Under the pieces are notes generated by a model. The model made no database searches. It was given only the letters and a program-made list of their open reading frames with translations, and was not told the DNA's origin. This document shows, piece by piece, positions 29,494 through 48,649 of a DNA stretch of 64,000 bases; the stretch's first letter is position 1, and each line of letters begins with the position of its first letter. Location of the stretch: positions 56,544,001 to 56,608,000 of the forward strand of contig OZ024745.1 of NCBI GenBank assembly GCA_964016885.1. Reading direction: 5' to 3'. Both the position numbers and the translations under genes were made by a program. This DNA comes from Eledone cirrhosa (Eukaryota).

Positions 29494-31727
29494 GAATTAT
29501 TCTCTTTTTGCCCGCACATAAATCTTAGCTCCTATTACTTTAGACCAATTAGCTAACGCTGTAGGACTTGCACCCCCCCCTCCTGTCAGGCCTACGTGAA
29601 ACCGCGCTACCCTGGTTCCTTGTTCCTCTGTAACCTTAACTACCCCTCAAGTGTATATGGGCTACTCTCATATTTCATTTCTCTTTTCCCCTCTCGCTTA
29701 CTTTTTTTCTTCCCCTCTTCCCTAGTTCATCTTATCACCACTAACCAATAACACATAGGATACAAACTGGTTAAGGCTTTTCACTATACCTACCACAGCT
29801 TCACCCTATGCAGGCACCTTCCCACACTAACCATAATGATACGGTTTATAAACGCACCCATTGTGCGCTAACTGATAGCACTGCCTCTTAGTCTGTCGAA
29901 AGCCCAACAAACTCCGCCGCATCTATAAAGTGGGTGGTTTGGGCAACCGGGGTCCGGATAGCCTTGACCCTAATATAGTATAGTGAAATAAGGGAGCAAA
30001 TCATGTGGGCTGGGTGCCCCAGAATCGATCAAGCCCCGGGGGAAGGGGTGGTTGGTCGCCGAGGGGTTTGAATCGAACAAATGACTTGCCTCAAGCGTCT
30101 CGTGGATATCTAATAAATCCGCCCTTTAAACGTGAATTGCCTCCCATACTTTTCATAAGCACACTACGACTTCCTGTGTTTATATTCTGACAACCGTTGT
30201 GTGTTACTAGCGAGAGGCTAACCTTTGGAATTTTGAAATTGCTGAATATGAATTGTGCTGCAAATATGATGAATGACAGAACCACACTCAAGGTAGTGTG
30301 CGGCAGTAGGTATTGACTTCCGGCCGACCCAGGAGGGGTCACACCCGACTGTGAATAGATTACAACCTCCGGATTCAGTAATCTACACGAAAACCACGTG
30401 GCGGATATGTAAATAACTTAGTTGTCATTGACAGTTTTAGCCGTGAGTTTTCTATATTTTCTACAGAAATGTGCACCCACTCTAATAAACCTGCTTATTA
30501 TTGTAACCACATCTGCTTTTCCTCCACTCTGCCATAGGTAATTCTGGAAGCGGAGTTCTCTGTACACACCTTCTGCTTGTGTGACGGAATAGTCATCACG
30601 ATTTACATTTGCAGCGGTATAATTGTATACGGTATGACAATTTGTTTCGATGCCGATTCGGCCTTTCAGTGAATTTCACTTGGGTAGTTGGGTTGACTTA
30701 CCGAACGTGAGGACTTTGGGAGATTGCAGTTATTGCGGACCTGTCGTATTTTCAATTTCCTCACTGGAGTGCCGGCTGTACTTATACCCCAGCTCTCTTC
30801 AACTCATCGTACTTTATTTTATCTTAGATTTAGGGGTTCATCGCTGACTGCCTATTCGGATGAATCCCCGGAGTATATGTTTTGGAAACATAGCGTTACT
30901 TCGCCTAACGACCGGAACTGGAACCAATGGATGTTGTACGTAAGATGCTGATAAGATACAGAGGATCGACCTATTACAAGGCGGTATAACCTTCCTACAG
31001 ACAATCCTACATGTAAAGCTGCACCAACTATGCTTCTCACAGACCCATGCTTGCAAGATCTTTTAATCTGTCTGTACATCCTGTATCTACGCTGCTTGTG
31101 CGTTGATGTATCTATGCCTTGATTTGTTTGTTTCTTTTGGTGTTTTCCTTCTGCGTTTTATATTGTTTTTTTATTTTTTTTATTGTTTTTGATCATGCTG
31201 AGTAACACCTTCACTCATTCCCTGCTATCCTCTCCCAACCTGCTTGTCATCTATTGCACCATGTAAATGATACATTTTTGATGTGATCTTTGATGTTATT
31301 TTTTATGCCATTTTTTATGACATTTTTTATGATATGTTATGACAGTATATGCGTCATGAATTGTGTCTGTTTCTATTTAGAGCTGACCTCAGGACCCCCC
31401 GTGCTGGCTCTTTAACCTTGTTCTGGTGACGCAGCTTGATGGGGCATGAAACTATTGATATACTCTAGTTTATAGGGTCTGATGATTCCTGCCTTAGGGT
31501 ACGGATGAAACACTGGGCACATTGATATATTTGTCAACAAAACTATATATATATATTGTTATACTTTGGGAGGGTCATGTTGCCAATAAGAAACACACGC
31601 ACCAGTTGCTTTCACTTCAATTTATTATATATTTATAAATTCATAAATTTACAAATCTACAAACTTATAAATTATAAATTTCTGGTTGGTTGGTTGGTTC
31701 CACAACCAGATAGTTGTTTATATATAT

Positions 31728-31772
31728 AGTCATAGTCCTTTCGTCACACACTCTGTGACCTCTTCAGTGACT
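31728..31772 (-). ncRNA. HHR motif (family B), left arm
   Basis: aguca-CUGAAGA-g-gucac/gugac-GAAA-gga-CUA-ugacu; one extra nucleotide before helix II. Confidence 0.6.
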
Positions 31773-31907
31773 GGGGATTCCTTTCTTCGTTTCTGTGCCT
31801 TTTCTTTCTTCTATCCTACGCCATTTTGTTTCTGTGTGACACACACAGAAACAAAATGGCGTAGGATAGAAGAAAGAAAAGGCACAGAAACGAAGAAAGG
31901 AATCCCC

Positions 31908-31952
31908 AGTCACTGAAGAGGTCACAGAGTGTGTGACGAAAGGACTATGACT
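31908..31952 (+). ncRNA. HHR motif (family B), right arm
   Basis: Mirror copy of 31728-31772. Confidence 0.6.
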
Positions 31953-32181
31953 ATATATATAAACAACTATCTGGTTGTGGAACCAACCAACCAACCAGAA
32001 ATTTATAATTTATAAGTTTGTAGATTTGTAAATTTATGAATTTATAAATATATAATAAATTGAAGTGAAAGCAACTGGTGCGTGTGTTTCTTATTGGCAA
32101 CATGACCCTCCCAAAGTATAACAATATCGGTTTCAACACACGATTTCAGATAAAGAATCTTGTTAAACAAATTCAGAAACG

Positions 32182-32244
<63 letters not shown>

Positions 32245-32301
32245 GTTTTGTTGACAAATATATCAATGTGCCCAGTGTTTCATCCGTACCCTAAGGCAGG
32301 A

Positions 32302-32406
<105 letters not shown>

Positions 32407-32437
32407 TATATATATATACACATATATACATATATAT

Positions 32438-32491
<54 letters not shown>

Positions 32492-32517
32492 ATGTATGAT
32501 CCAGAATATTGACAAGG

Positions 32518-32945
32518 CGACCCTAAATATGGCTATTAGCTCTAGGAAGAAAGACATGAACGGTACCCCATCTTTTTAACTTTGAATTTGAAAGTAGGTT
32601 TATGATCATTAATTTTACTTTCGTACTTGTCTCGGCGGCCTAGTTGTAGGAATCATAGACGGTGGCGATCCTGCTCTGAATTTCGATCCTGGTAGGAAGT
32701 AGGGTTCCCCTTAAAACTTTTCATGTTTTTTTCTAAGGATGTAAAATAAAAACTGAAAAAGATCATATGCACCGCTCGACCAGGATTAAACCAAAGACCA
32801 GGATCTCCACATTTTCTAGTACCTACCTCAAGTCCACTGAGACAGCTACGAAAATCTACTGAAAATTCATACTTATAAACCTACTTTCAACATTTTCAAT
32901 ATCATGTCTTTCTTAATGTTATTGCTCCTACGTAAGGTCGACTTC
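32518..32945. repeat. Old fold-back element with tRNA-like segments in the arms
   Basis: aagaaagacatga/tcatgtctttctt and ttgaaagtaggtttat/ataaacctactttcaa are inverted pairs; cggcctagttg and tttcgatcctgg resemble A/B boxes. Confidence 0.5.
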
Positions 32946-33152
32946 TAAATTATTTGAGAGTTCCATGGACCGCATCCTCGTTTTGTTTCTCATCTATCTA
33001 GACTATATCTTAACCTGTAATCAATATTTCATTTCTGTTGCTCTCTTTTTCTCTCTGTGATATTTGAATCTGCTATGATTTATGTTATTCATATATTTTT
33101 TTGTATGTCAGTTAGATTCAAACTGACAATGATAGGGATTATATATATATAT

Positions 33153-33336
33153 ATTTATTAAAATAACAGATTAAATTTTAAGCAAATAATCGCTGCTTTC
33201 ACCCTTAACGGGATCTTCTGAAACTTTAATCTGTTATTTTAATAAATATTGGCTCTACGGTTGTTATATATTTTATATATATTTATCCTTATCGAGCCCT
33301 CTTTGGATTTTAGTCTTCAAAGTTCTTATTATTACT
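33153..33336. mobile_element. Short family A inverted-arm insertion
   Basis: Same two end points as 8401-8985; the arms join at aaact microhomology near 33220-33224. Confidence 0.7.
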
Positions 33337-33360
33337 ATATATATATATATATATATATTT

Positions 33361-33400
<40 letters not shown>

Positions 33401-33801
33401 AAATTTTGCTCTACATGGCTGAATACAATAAATGTAATCTGAGTTTTTCGAATATTAATAATAACATTCGATTCGTTTGTAATTATGAAAACAAGCCTTA
33501 ATTTTATAGCCATATCAGTAGAATGAACACTTCATTCTTGCTCCTGTGTTGGCATGAGAACAGAACTGAAGACACTAAATTGTCTACGTATAACCCTTCA
33601 TCCGTATAGCTCACTGTTTACCTGCCAACTGTCAGCGCTAGTGAAAATATATGCTATTTTCAAAAATACACAGTGACTGATCGTCCTGATTTGCATGTTA
33701 GCAGACTGACCAGTTAGATTCCTGTATACGAGTGATAAATGGCCGGCTTTGCCAAATTCAAATAAAAAAGAAAATTTCGCTCTACATGGTTGAATACAAT
33801 A

Positions 33802-36872
<3,071 letters not shown>

Positions 36873-36874
<2 letters not shown>

Positions 36875-39800
36875 TAATTTTCATAAGGAAAGTATATACT
36901 TTCGAACGTTCAACTATCTGGCAGATGGGTAAACGGTGCTGATGATAGCTAACAAGCTTGAAACTAGTACATCGTTCCTGTGTCAGTGTTGAACAAAAAG
37001 GTGACGTGGTTGCCTTAACACCGTATGGCATAAATTCAGGCTGTTCAGTTTGTTTACAAACGAACAAAGCGACGTTAGCGCCGCTAAACTGATACGTGCA
37101 TATATGTATGTGTACCTGTATGCATATGTATGTATATATGTATATATATATATATATGTGCATGCTACTGTACGTCTGTATACATATATGTATGTACGTA
37201 TACATGCATACTTACATTTAAGTAAGTGCCATACTAAGAGTGAGAAATGAAATTTCGTTTTCATTTTGTTTCAATTTATCGTTTTCGGTATGCCTGACCG
37301 ATTTAACTCACTCAATATGCAAATTAGGCTGCTCAGCCGTTAATTTTCATAAGGAAAGTATATACTTTCGAACGTTCAACTATCTGGCAGATGGGTAAAC
37401 GGTGCTGATGATAGCTAACAAGCTTGAAACTAGTACATCGTTCCTGTGTCAGTGTTGAACAAAAAGGTGACGTGGTTGCCTTAACACCGTATGGCATAAA
37501 TTCAGGCTGTTCAGTTTGTTTACAAACGAACAAAGCGACGTTAGCGCCGCTAAACTGATACGTGCATATATGTATGTGTACCTGTATGCATATGTATGTA
37601 TATATGTATATATATATATATATGTGCATGCTACTGTACGTCTGTATACATATATGTATGTACGTATACATGCATACTTACATTTAAGTAAGTGCCATAC
37701 TAAGAGTGAGAAATGAAATTTCGTTTTCATTTTGTTTCAATTTATCGTTTTCGGTATGCCTGACCGATTTAACTCACTCAATATGCAAATTAGGCTGCTC
37801 AGCCGTTAATTTTCATAAGGAAAGTATATACTTTCGAACGTTCAACTATCTGGCAGATGGGTAAACGGTGCTGATGATAGCTAACAAGCTTGAAACTAGT
37901 ACATCGTTCCTGTGTCAGTGTTGAACAAAAAGGTGACGTGGTTGCCTTAACACCGTATGGCATAAATTCAGGCTGTTCAGTTTGTTTACAAACGAACAAA
38001 GCGACGTTAGCGCCGCTAAACTGATACGTGCATATATGTATGTGTACCTGTATGCATATGTATGTATATATGTATATATATATATATATGTGCATGCTAC
38101 TGTACGTCTGTATACATATATGTATGTACGTATACATGCATACTTACATTTAAGTAAGTGCCATACTAAGAGTGAGAAATGAAATTTCGTTTTCATTTTG
38201 TTTCAATTTATCGTTTTCGGTATGCCTGACCGATTTAACTCACTCAATATGCAAATTAGGCTGCTCAGCCGTTAATTTTCATAAGGAAAGTATATACTTT
38301 CGAACGTTCAACTATCTGGCAGATGGGTAAACGGTGCTGATGATAGCTAACAAGCTTGAAACTAGTACATCGTTCCTGTGTCAGTGTTGAACAAAAAGGT
38401 GACGTGGTTGCCTTAACACCGTATGGCATAAATTCAGGCTGTTCAGTTTGTTTACAAACGAACAAAGCGACGTTAGCGCCGCTAAACTGATACGTGCATA
38501 TATGTATGTGTACCTGTATGCATATGTATGTATATATGTATATATATATATATATGTGCATGCTACTGTACGTCTGTATACATATATGTATGTACGTATA
38601 CATGCATACTTACATTTAAGTAAGTGCCATACTAAGAGTGAGAAATGAAATTTCGTTTTCATTTTGTTTCAATTTATCGTTTTCGGTATGCCTGACCGAT
38701 TTAACTCACTCAATATGCAAATTAGGCTGCTCAGCCGTTAATTTTCATAAGGAAAGTATATACTTTCGAACGTTCAACTATCTGGCAGATGGGTAAACGG
38801 TGCTGATGATAGCTAACAAGCTTGAAACTAGTACATCGTTCCTGTGTCAGTGTTGAACAAAAAGGTGACGTGGTTGCCTTAACACCGTATGGCATAAATT
38901 CAGGCTGTTCAGTTTGTTTACAAACGAACAAAGCGACGTTAGCGCCGCTAAACTGATACGTGCATATATGTATGTGTACCTGTATGCATATGTATGTATA
39001 TATGTATATATATATATATATGTGCATGCTACTGTACGTCTGTATACATATATGTATGTACGTATACATGCATACTTACATTTAAGTAAGTGCCATACTA
39101 AGAGTGAGAAATGAAATTTCGTTTTCATTTTGTTTCAATTTATCGTTTTCGGTATGCCTGACCGATTTAACTCACTCAATATGCAAATTAGGCTGCTCAG
39201 CCGTTAATTTTCATAAGGAAAGTATATACTTTCGAACGTTCAACTATCTGGCAGATGGGTAAACGGTGCTGATGATAGCTAACAAGCTTGAAACTAGTAC
39301 ATCGTTCCTGTGTCAGTGTTGAACAAAAAGGTGACGTGGTTGCCTTAACACCGTATGGCATAAATTCAGGCTGTTCAGTTTGTTTACAAACGAACAAAGC
39401 GACGTTAGCGCCGCTAAACTGATACGTGCATATATGTATGTGTACCTGTATGCATATGTATGTATATATGTATATATATATATATATGTGCATGCTACTG
39501 TACGTCTGTATACATATATGTATGTACGTATACATGCATACTTACATTTAAGTAAGTGCCATACTAAGAGTGAGAAATGAAATTTCGTTTTCATTTTGTT
39601 TCAATTTATCGTTTTCGGTATGCCTGACCGATTTAACTCACTCAATATGCAAATTAGGCTGCTCAGCCGTTAATTTTCATAAGGAAAGTATATACTTTCG
39701 AACGTTCAACTATCTGGCAGATGGGTAAACGGTGCTGATGATAGCTAACAAGCTTGAAACTAGTACATCGTTCCTGTGTCAGTGTTGAACAAAAAGGTGA

Positions 39801-40537
39801 CGTGGTTGCCTTAACACCGTATGGCATAAATTCAGGCTGTTCAGTTTGTTTACAAACGAACAAAGCGACGTTAGCGCCGCTAAACTGATACGTGCATATA
39901 TGTATGTGTACCTGTATGCATATGTATGTATATATGTATATATATATATATATGTGCATGCTACTGTACGTCTGTATACATATATGTATGTACGTATACA
40001 TGCATACTTACATTTAAGTAAGTGCCATACTAAGAGTGAGAAATGAAATTTCGTTTTCATTTTGTTTCAATTTATCGTTTTCGGTATGCCTGACCGATTT
40101 AACTCACTCAATATGCAAATTAGGCTGCTCAGCCGTTAATTTTCATAAGGAAAGTATATACTTTCGAACGTTCAACTATCTGGCAGATGGGTAAACGGTG
40201 CTGATGATAGCTAACAAGCTTGAAACTAGTACATCGTTCCTGTGTCAGTGTTGAACAAAAAGGTGACGTGGTTGCCTTAACACCGTATGGCATAAATTCA
40301 GGCTGTTCAGTTTGTTTACAAACGAACAAAGCGACGTTAGCGCCGCTAAACTGATACGTGCATATATGTATGTGTACCTGTATGCATATGTATGTATATA
40401 TGTATATATATATATATATGTGCATGCTACTGTACGTCTGTATACATATATGTATGTACGTATACATGCATACTTACATTTAAGTAAGTGCCATACTAAG
40501 AGTGAGAAATGAAATTTCGTTTTCATTTTGTTTCAAT
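36873..40537 (+). repeat. Retrozyme-like tandem array, right (inverted) block: ~7.9 x 466 bp
   Basis: Reverse complement of the same monomer; GT microhomology at 36873-36874; ends in (TA)n. Confidence 0.95.
36932..36976 (+). ncRNA. Minimal type I HHR, first of 8 in the right block (also 37398, 37864, 38330, 38796, 39262, 39728, 40194)
   Basis: aacggtgCTGATGAtagctaacaagcttGAAACtaGTAcatcgtt; predicted cleavage after 36969. Confidence 0.85.
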
Positions 40538-40850
40538 ATATATATATATATATATATATATAGATATATATATATTCGTCAGGGCATTCTTCTATGAGTA
40601 AGCAACTCAGGAAACTGGGATAACTCCAATATAAATCCTGCGGCTCAGTAGTTACCGACGATGTTGATCTTTTCTTCTTTTCGGGTTATAGCTACTGTCG
40701 AGTGGGATTGGCTCAGTGCATAGACTTTCCTCACTTTAAAAAATATCTTCACACACAGGTATTGCACGATAGAATTAATTAATAATGGTATATCGTGCAA
40801 TGGCCATACTCGAGAACGAGGGGGCAGTCATCATATCATATATATATATA

Positions 40851-42314
<1,464 letters not shown>

Positions 42315-42461
42315 ATTAAAATACTGGAGCGTGTTGGAGTAAAACACCCTCTTCGTATTATAGAAATGACAGTAAAAGGTATAGCCCAATGTAATTAAAC
42401 AGAGCCGAAGAATTATGAAAATAAAACAAAGAAGCCTTCAATACATCAAAAGTCTTTATTA

Positions 42462-42499
42462 GCCAACAATGTTTCGTCCTATTAAGGACTCATCAGGGC
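42462..42499 (-). ncRNA. Minimal type I HHR
   Basis: gcc-CUGAUGA-guccu(uaau)aggac-GAAAC-auu-GUU-ggc, then AAUAAA. Confidence 0.8.
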
Positions 42500-43269
42500 A
42501 ATTAAAACAACAGGAAGTACTATCGGCCAATACAAGCCGAAAACTCCGAAGAATATGGAGTGTACATACACTAAAGTATTGCAATTCATATAGTGTTACA
42601 GAGTAGGTGAGACAAAAATATATGTTAACTTACATGCCATTATATATTATATATCATATATGTTATTATATTATTATTATAGTATTATTATGACATCTAT
42701 ATTGTTTGTGTAAATTAACCGTAGATTATCTATTATATTATAATATATAGTATATAATTATATAGTTTATTATATATTATATGTGTTACTTTTAATCATT
42801 TTATTACTTCATGTATATTAGATATACGTATTATTATTATTATTATTATTATTTTTATTCCTATCATGCTTATTTATATTTAAACTCTTAATAAGGTTTA
42901 ATTTGTGCTGTTAAAGATGGATATGTGTACTGATGTATGTGTATATGTGCGTACGTGTGCGTACATATATACATATGTATATTGTGCCTTCTAATTTTTA
43001 TTGTAATTTTAATATTGTTACAAGTATATTATATTATATTATATAGTATTATATATAATTCCCACTCTATATAACCACCTTTGTTTAGCTCTAGGTTTTT
43101 TTTGCTTTGGACTATATTTGTAATATGGTTCTAAATGTTATACACCTCCTTAGTGATTTTTATTATATATTTTTACTCATAATCCTGCAATACTTTAGTG
43201 TATGTACACTCCATATTCTTCGGAGTTTTCGGCTTGTATTGGCCGATAGTACTTCTTGTTGTTTTAATT

Positions 43270-43307
43270 GCCCTGATGAGTCCTTAATAGGACGAAATAT
43301 TGTTGGC
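43270..43307 (+). ncRNA. Minimal type I HHR (mirror copy, C15.2 to U)
   Basis: gccCTGATGAgtccttaataggacGAAAtattGTTggc. Confidence 0.75.
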
Positions 43308-43353
43308 TAATAAAGACTTTTGATGTATTGAAGGCTTCTTTGTTTTATTTTCA

Positions 43354-43413
<60 letters not shown>

Positions 43414-43755
43414 TTGTGTGTGTGTGTGTCTATATATTTATGTTTGCATGCAAGAATGAATACACTAAGCTTTAGATTTAGTAGAATGTACAACCACTGA
43501 TTCCAGCTATTTCCACAACCATATACTTTCTATTAGTTGTCTGGGGGAATTGGTTGACCAACTGCTTTGCTTAATTGTTTTATTTATTTAAAATAGGATT
43601 TATTCTTTCTCTTAGACATAAGGTATTTTTAAAAAGTAAAGTATCGGCCCTGAAAATAATCCAGTGAGTCCTGCAATGCTACTGTGGTCCCTGAAATGAT
43701 ACAGTGGTTCCTGAAATGATACAGTTGCCATTGGGCAACCTGGCCCGTCCGCCAC

Positions 43756-43825
<70 letters not shown>

Positions 43826-43827
<2 letters not shown>

Positions 43828-46785
43828 ATATTAAATAAATGGAAACTATATTTATAAAACCATATTTATTTCATTATACATATTTCAGGGATACCAAATT
43901 AAAATATGGTATGCCTTCATCAGACAAAATACAATATATAAACAGTTTTATAAATAATTTTGACGTACCCTATTAGATGCGACCATTATTTTTGGAAGCT
44001 GTCTGGATAGTGAGATGTTTATAATTATTTTACTAGTTATAGTGTTAAGCACAGTTAGAAAAAAGACGGAGAGAAAGAAAAATAACGGAGAGAGAGAAGG
44101 AGAGAGAAAAAGAAGGAGAGAGAGAAAAGGAATGTATGCAGAAAAAAAAGATATATATAAATAGATAGGAGGAAATGAAAGAAAGAAAAAAAAAGAAAGA
44201 AATAAGAAAGACAAAAGAAAGCAACAGAGAGATAATACTTCATCATACAGATAGAGAAACTCAAGAAAGAGGAAGTACTATATAGAGAGAGGAGGATATA
44301 GTGACGTCATGTCATATTAAGTTGAATTAACAATTCATATGAAATGAATAATAAAAATGTAAATATCAATATTCATGAATGAGACATAGATATATAATAT
44401 GAGAAAATAACATTGTTCAATAATGACCATATGTTTAGTTTAAAACCTTGAGGTCAATATACCAAAATCTGAGTTAAAACCTTAAAAAATACCCTATTTA
44501 TAAAAATATGGATACACATATGTATATATATAAACACTCATATGTGCGTCCAGAAAAAAGAGAAAATTATGTCTACTCCAGTCAATAATATAGACATACA
44601 AATGATTTCATTTGATCACTTCTATACATTTCTTGTGTTATAAACATTTCACAGTATATATACATAAAAACACGATTAATATTCATGTCCTCACATATAT
44701 GAACACCGTTCATGTATTTAATATTATGCATATCTGCAACACACATCAACATATACACACACAGCCATACATACACATACATATGTATAAATAAATATCT
44801 GCGTGAGTTTTCCAGCATCGTTATGCATATATACAGACATATATACGAACACATAAATAAACTCTATAAACCTTTTATATGCATGTTAATACACACAAAT
44901 GGCCTTTGTATAGAGATAATCAAATATCAATATATTAATACAGAAATATCAAAGCATTAAATATCTTTAACACACTATAGAGTATCTCAAGTTAAAATAA
45001 TATGTTTTATAAATTTATAGAAAACTATCCTACCTATATCTCAAACAAGATATTGCAAGGGTAGACATATGAAAGTTATTAGAAGCTATCAGAGTCAAAC
45101 AACAAATAAAAAAATAAAAATAATTTAAAAGATTTAGAAGACCCAGTGATTCTACGGATGCCCTTATATTTAGTATAGAAATTTATCTTACGCAAATTTT
45201 ATTTAATACATTGGGAGCATATACATTTTAGAGTAATTTATTATATCCTTGTTTATATTTAGGAAGAAAATTTAAAAAGAAAAAGGTGAAGGAATCTAAT
45301 GATTTATCGTCAGGTTTCATATATTAACTAAATTTTTTAATTAATTATACTACATTTTAAATTTATATTTATATTTAAACGTTGAGTTCAATCTATGTCT
45401 GCAGCAACTGAATAAATTGCTCCTTAAATTAAGGGAATTTTTGGACTTCAATATAAAGAATATTTCTTCTATACAAAGATCGCAACTCTCTGATGAGGAA
45501 TTAAAAGGAATTCCTTTTGAGACAATATTCCAAATCATCGAATATTTAACATTATCTCGTTTAAGGTGCCAGAGTAAGCTAGATAGCGAAGTTGAGGATT
45601 TTTTGTTTGGATCTGTGAAAGAATTCTTATGATTATTGAAGCGAAGTTTAAATTCTGTCGAGGTGGAACCAACATAGTTGAAAGAATTTAATTAAGTTTT
45701 AACATTACAATTGTACACTACATTTTTAGCTAAGCAGTTGTTATTTAACGGACAGTTAGATTTATTTCTACAGTTACAGTTATTTAATTGAATATTGTTT
45801 GGGTTATTATTGGTATTTTGGTTAGGTTTTAAATCCCTATTATTAATTCTGTTAATATTTTGTGCTAAATTTTTGGTGGACGAATAAGTTAATTTTATAG
45901 TGTGTCTATTAAAAATTGATTGATATTTATGTGTTCTAGGGAAGAGTTTGTCAAGAGCATTAAAGAATAGTTTAGCAATATGGGTTTTAATATTTAGTGA
46001 GAAAGAGGGGCAAACCATAATATATTTCTAGTACTATTTCTTTTTCGGCTTTTGGAATTATTGTAATGTTTTCTATTATAGTTGTTAAAGTTGTTACCGT
46101 AATTAAAATTGTTATTATTTTGGTTAGTTTGCTTATTATTATTGATGTATTTAATTTTATCTCTATATCCTGCTCTAGCTAACGCTTCATTGTAATACTG
46201 CGCTTTTTCATCAAAAATATTTTTATTAGATGAAATTCTTGAAATTCGTTCTTGAACAGAGTTCACTATAGTATTTTTAACAGATCTGGGGTGATTAGAG
46301 TTAAAATTGACATAATTCAAGTTCTCATTTAGTTTGTGAAATGGATAGTGAAGACATGTGTTGACATTTAGTGTTACATCCAGAAAATTGACTATTCTAT
46401 GGTTATTCTCTATTTCTATTTTTAGATTAAGGTAATTAAAAAATTGTATAATTTGTTTTCTTTTTCTATTTAGTTCACAGCTATTATTTTCAATAAGTAA
46501 AAGCATGTCATCACGATATAATCCTCCGGTTACACCTGGTATTTTTCTATGTAGCGAATTAATTATAAATAGGCCCACAAGGTCCGTTACCTGAGCTGAG
46601 TCAGATGATCCCATAGTTATGTCGAAATTATTATCTCTATCTGCCCTAGTCCATAGTTGGTTATTAAATTCTATCAATGTTTTCCTTACCGATAATATAA
46701 TGTGCATTTCATTGCTAGTTAGGTCGGTATGTTTAAATGCGTAATTTAGTGCCTTATTCAGTAGATTAGGAGTGATAGATGAATA
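43826..46785 (-). mobile_element. Naiad-type Penelope-like element, 5'-truncated, with a long 3' UTR ending in an HHR pseudo-LTR
   Basis: FDITMGSSDSAQVTDLVGL, LYRDD, NFLDVTL, SNHP, CNC..CPL..CL..VVY, YVGST..FKLRFNNH and CDLC..LNLRS..CRH; one frameshift (~46010) and one TAA (45692). Confidence 0.85.
43867..43931 (-). ncRNA. Minimal type I HHR of the Naiad pseudo-LTR
   Basis: uauuuugu-CUGAUGA-aggcauacca..ugguaucccu-GAAA-uaugu-AUA-augaaaua. Confidence 0.75.
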
Positions 46786-46794
46786 GTAGTAGTA

Positions 46795-46869
<75 letters not shown>

Positions 46870-46871
<2 letters not shown>

Positions 46872-48592
46872 GGAAGTGAGTTTTATTGTAGCACAATAAA
46901 GCAATGCAAATATCGGATAAGTAGCACTCTACAGTTTGTAGGACTGGAGTATAAATAATATAAGATCAAAAGATAGTTAAAAGAGTTCCAAGTATTTTAT
47001 TATGCGCATTACAAAAACAAATATCATCAGGGATGATATCTGGGTTTTCATCAGATAAAATAGGGATACATGATATGAAGCTTAAAAAAGAACTAACACG
47101 GCACTCTCAGTACTCATATGGTCTTTGAAATACAAAATATTAACTATAACATCTCTTGGAGAAAAGTTTGTTCTGCCTCTCTCTGCTTGAATGCCTCCCT
47201 ATCCCGAACATGTAATCTTTGCCTATCTGAAAAATTTACCATTATATCTAATATCAATTATATAATAAATAGACGCACTGATTTATTCTCTCTCTGCTTG
47301 CATAAACTCCACAGAACATTCCATAAAGTATACAGCTAATATCTAATACCTTACTAGTTTAAAATCCTTTTTCTCAAAGGCTTATATATCTTTTAAAAAT
47401 ATACCCATTTTTCTACCTTATTTCAATATTATTTATTATATATTATATAATACAAGTTACTCATTCTATATCATTCCTCTTTATCACTTTCCTTTCTTCC
47501 TCTTTTCTTTCTAATTTCTAACCTCTAATCTGTACTTTTTCTTCCTAACTACTTCTCAATTCTTATTATTACTCCCCACAACATTATCCATTCTTCCATC
47601 TTTCTTCATATCATTGGCCATAAAAAATATTAATGTTTTTAATACATTATAGTATTACCTTTAACAGTCCTTCGTAAACATTTTTTTTACGTTAGATTTT
47701 TCTTCCTTAAATTCCTTATCTCTTCCTTTCATGCTCGTTTGACTTTTACATATTACAATACATAAAAACAAACTTAAACCCTAACTAATTTCTTTTAATA
47801 TATTATATTATTACCATTAGAAAATATTTCGTAAACATATATATTTTTTTATGTTAGATATTTTCTTCCTTAAACATTCTTTTCTTCTTTGCTTTCTGCG
47901 TACTATTTACGTACATATATTACGCACACATATTACATTACATAAAAACAAATTTAAACACTAACTAATTCCTCTAAATTCATAACTCATTCATTCTTTT
48001 ACTTCTTTTCACATTATATCCTTAATCACATTAATATATTTATTTTAATAATACATATTAATAATTTCTTTCCCTCGCACATATTATTAAACCCTTCAAT
48101 ATACAAACCTTAATTTAATATTATTCTTAATCCCCTTTTCTCCTCATGCATAAACCTCATCAACTTTTAATTTCAAATTCTTTTAAATTATCTATTTCTT
48201 CCAACGCCTTTTTAACCTCTCTCTGTGAGACAATATATATTTTTTTCTCAGTTGTAAAAGCTATCTCTCCCCCTCTATCACCCATCTCTCCTCCTCTCTC
48301 ATCCTTCCTTCTTATACTCCTCCCCCACCATTCTTTACTCTAAACTCCTCCTCTTCCTTACCCTTTCCATCCCCCCCTCTCACTTGTTCCCAATCTTATT
48401 CATCAATCTTAAATTATTTTTCATATGTTGATTTAAAACTTCACTATTCACAAGTGTTTTTTAAGCTTCATATCATGTATCCCTATTTTATCTGATGAAA
48501 ACGCAGATATCATCCCATGATGATATTTGTTTTTGAAATGCGCATAATAAAATACTTGGAACTCTTTTAACCATCTTTTGATCTTATATTAT
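46870..48592 (+). mobile_element. Second Naiad-type PLE 3' fragment with an inverted pseudo-LTR
   Basis: ORF 47118-47339 has ISW..CNLCLSEK..INRRTDLFSLCLH; about 46957-47089 is inverted at about 48457-48590; the left HHR (46993-47062, -) has GAAA mutated to GUAA. Confidence 0.8.
48484..48554 (+). ncRNA. Minimal type I HHR
   Basis: tattttat-CTGATGA-(long stem cagatatcatc/gatgatatttg)-GAAA-tgcgc-ATA-ataaaata; 8-bp helix I; palindromic tgcgca. Confidence 0.85.
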
Positions 48593-48594
48593 AT

Positions 48595-48640
<46 letters not shown>

Positions 48641-48649
<9 letters not shown>

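Larger units (their letters stand above)
31553..32185. mobile_element. Family B element as a perfect palindrome (286-bp arms, 3-nt spacer) plus a ~58-nt tail
   Basis: 31553-31838 is the reverse complement of 31842-32127; centre at 31840. Confidence 0.9.

Noticed and set aside
31475-31522. Functional HHR
   Set aside because: The core and helix II are present, but the UH cleavage site is missing (gggc) and helix I is poor; treated as decayed.
45350-46785. Selenocysteine recoding as reported for some Naiad elements
   Set aside because: The conserved Cys positions are ordinary Cys codons, and the in-frame stop at 45692 is TAA, not TGA.
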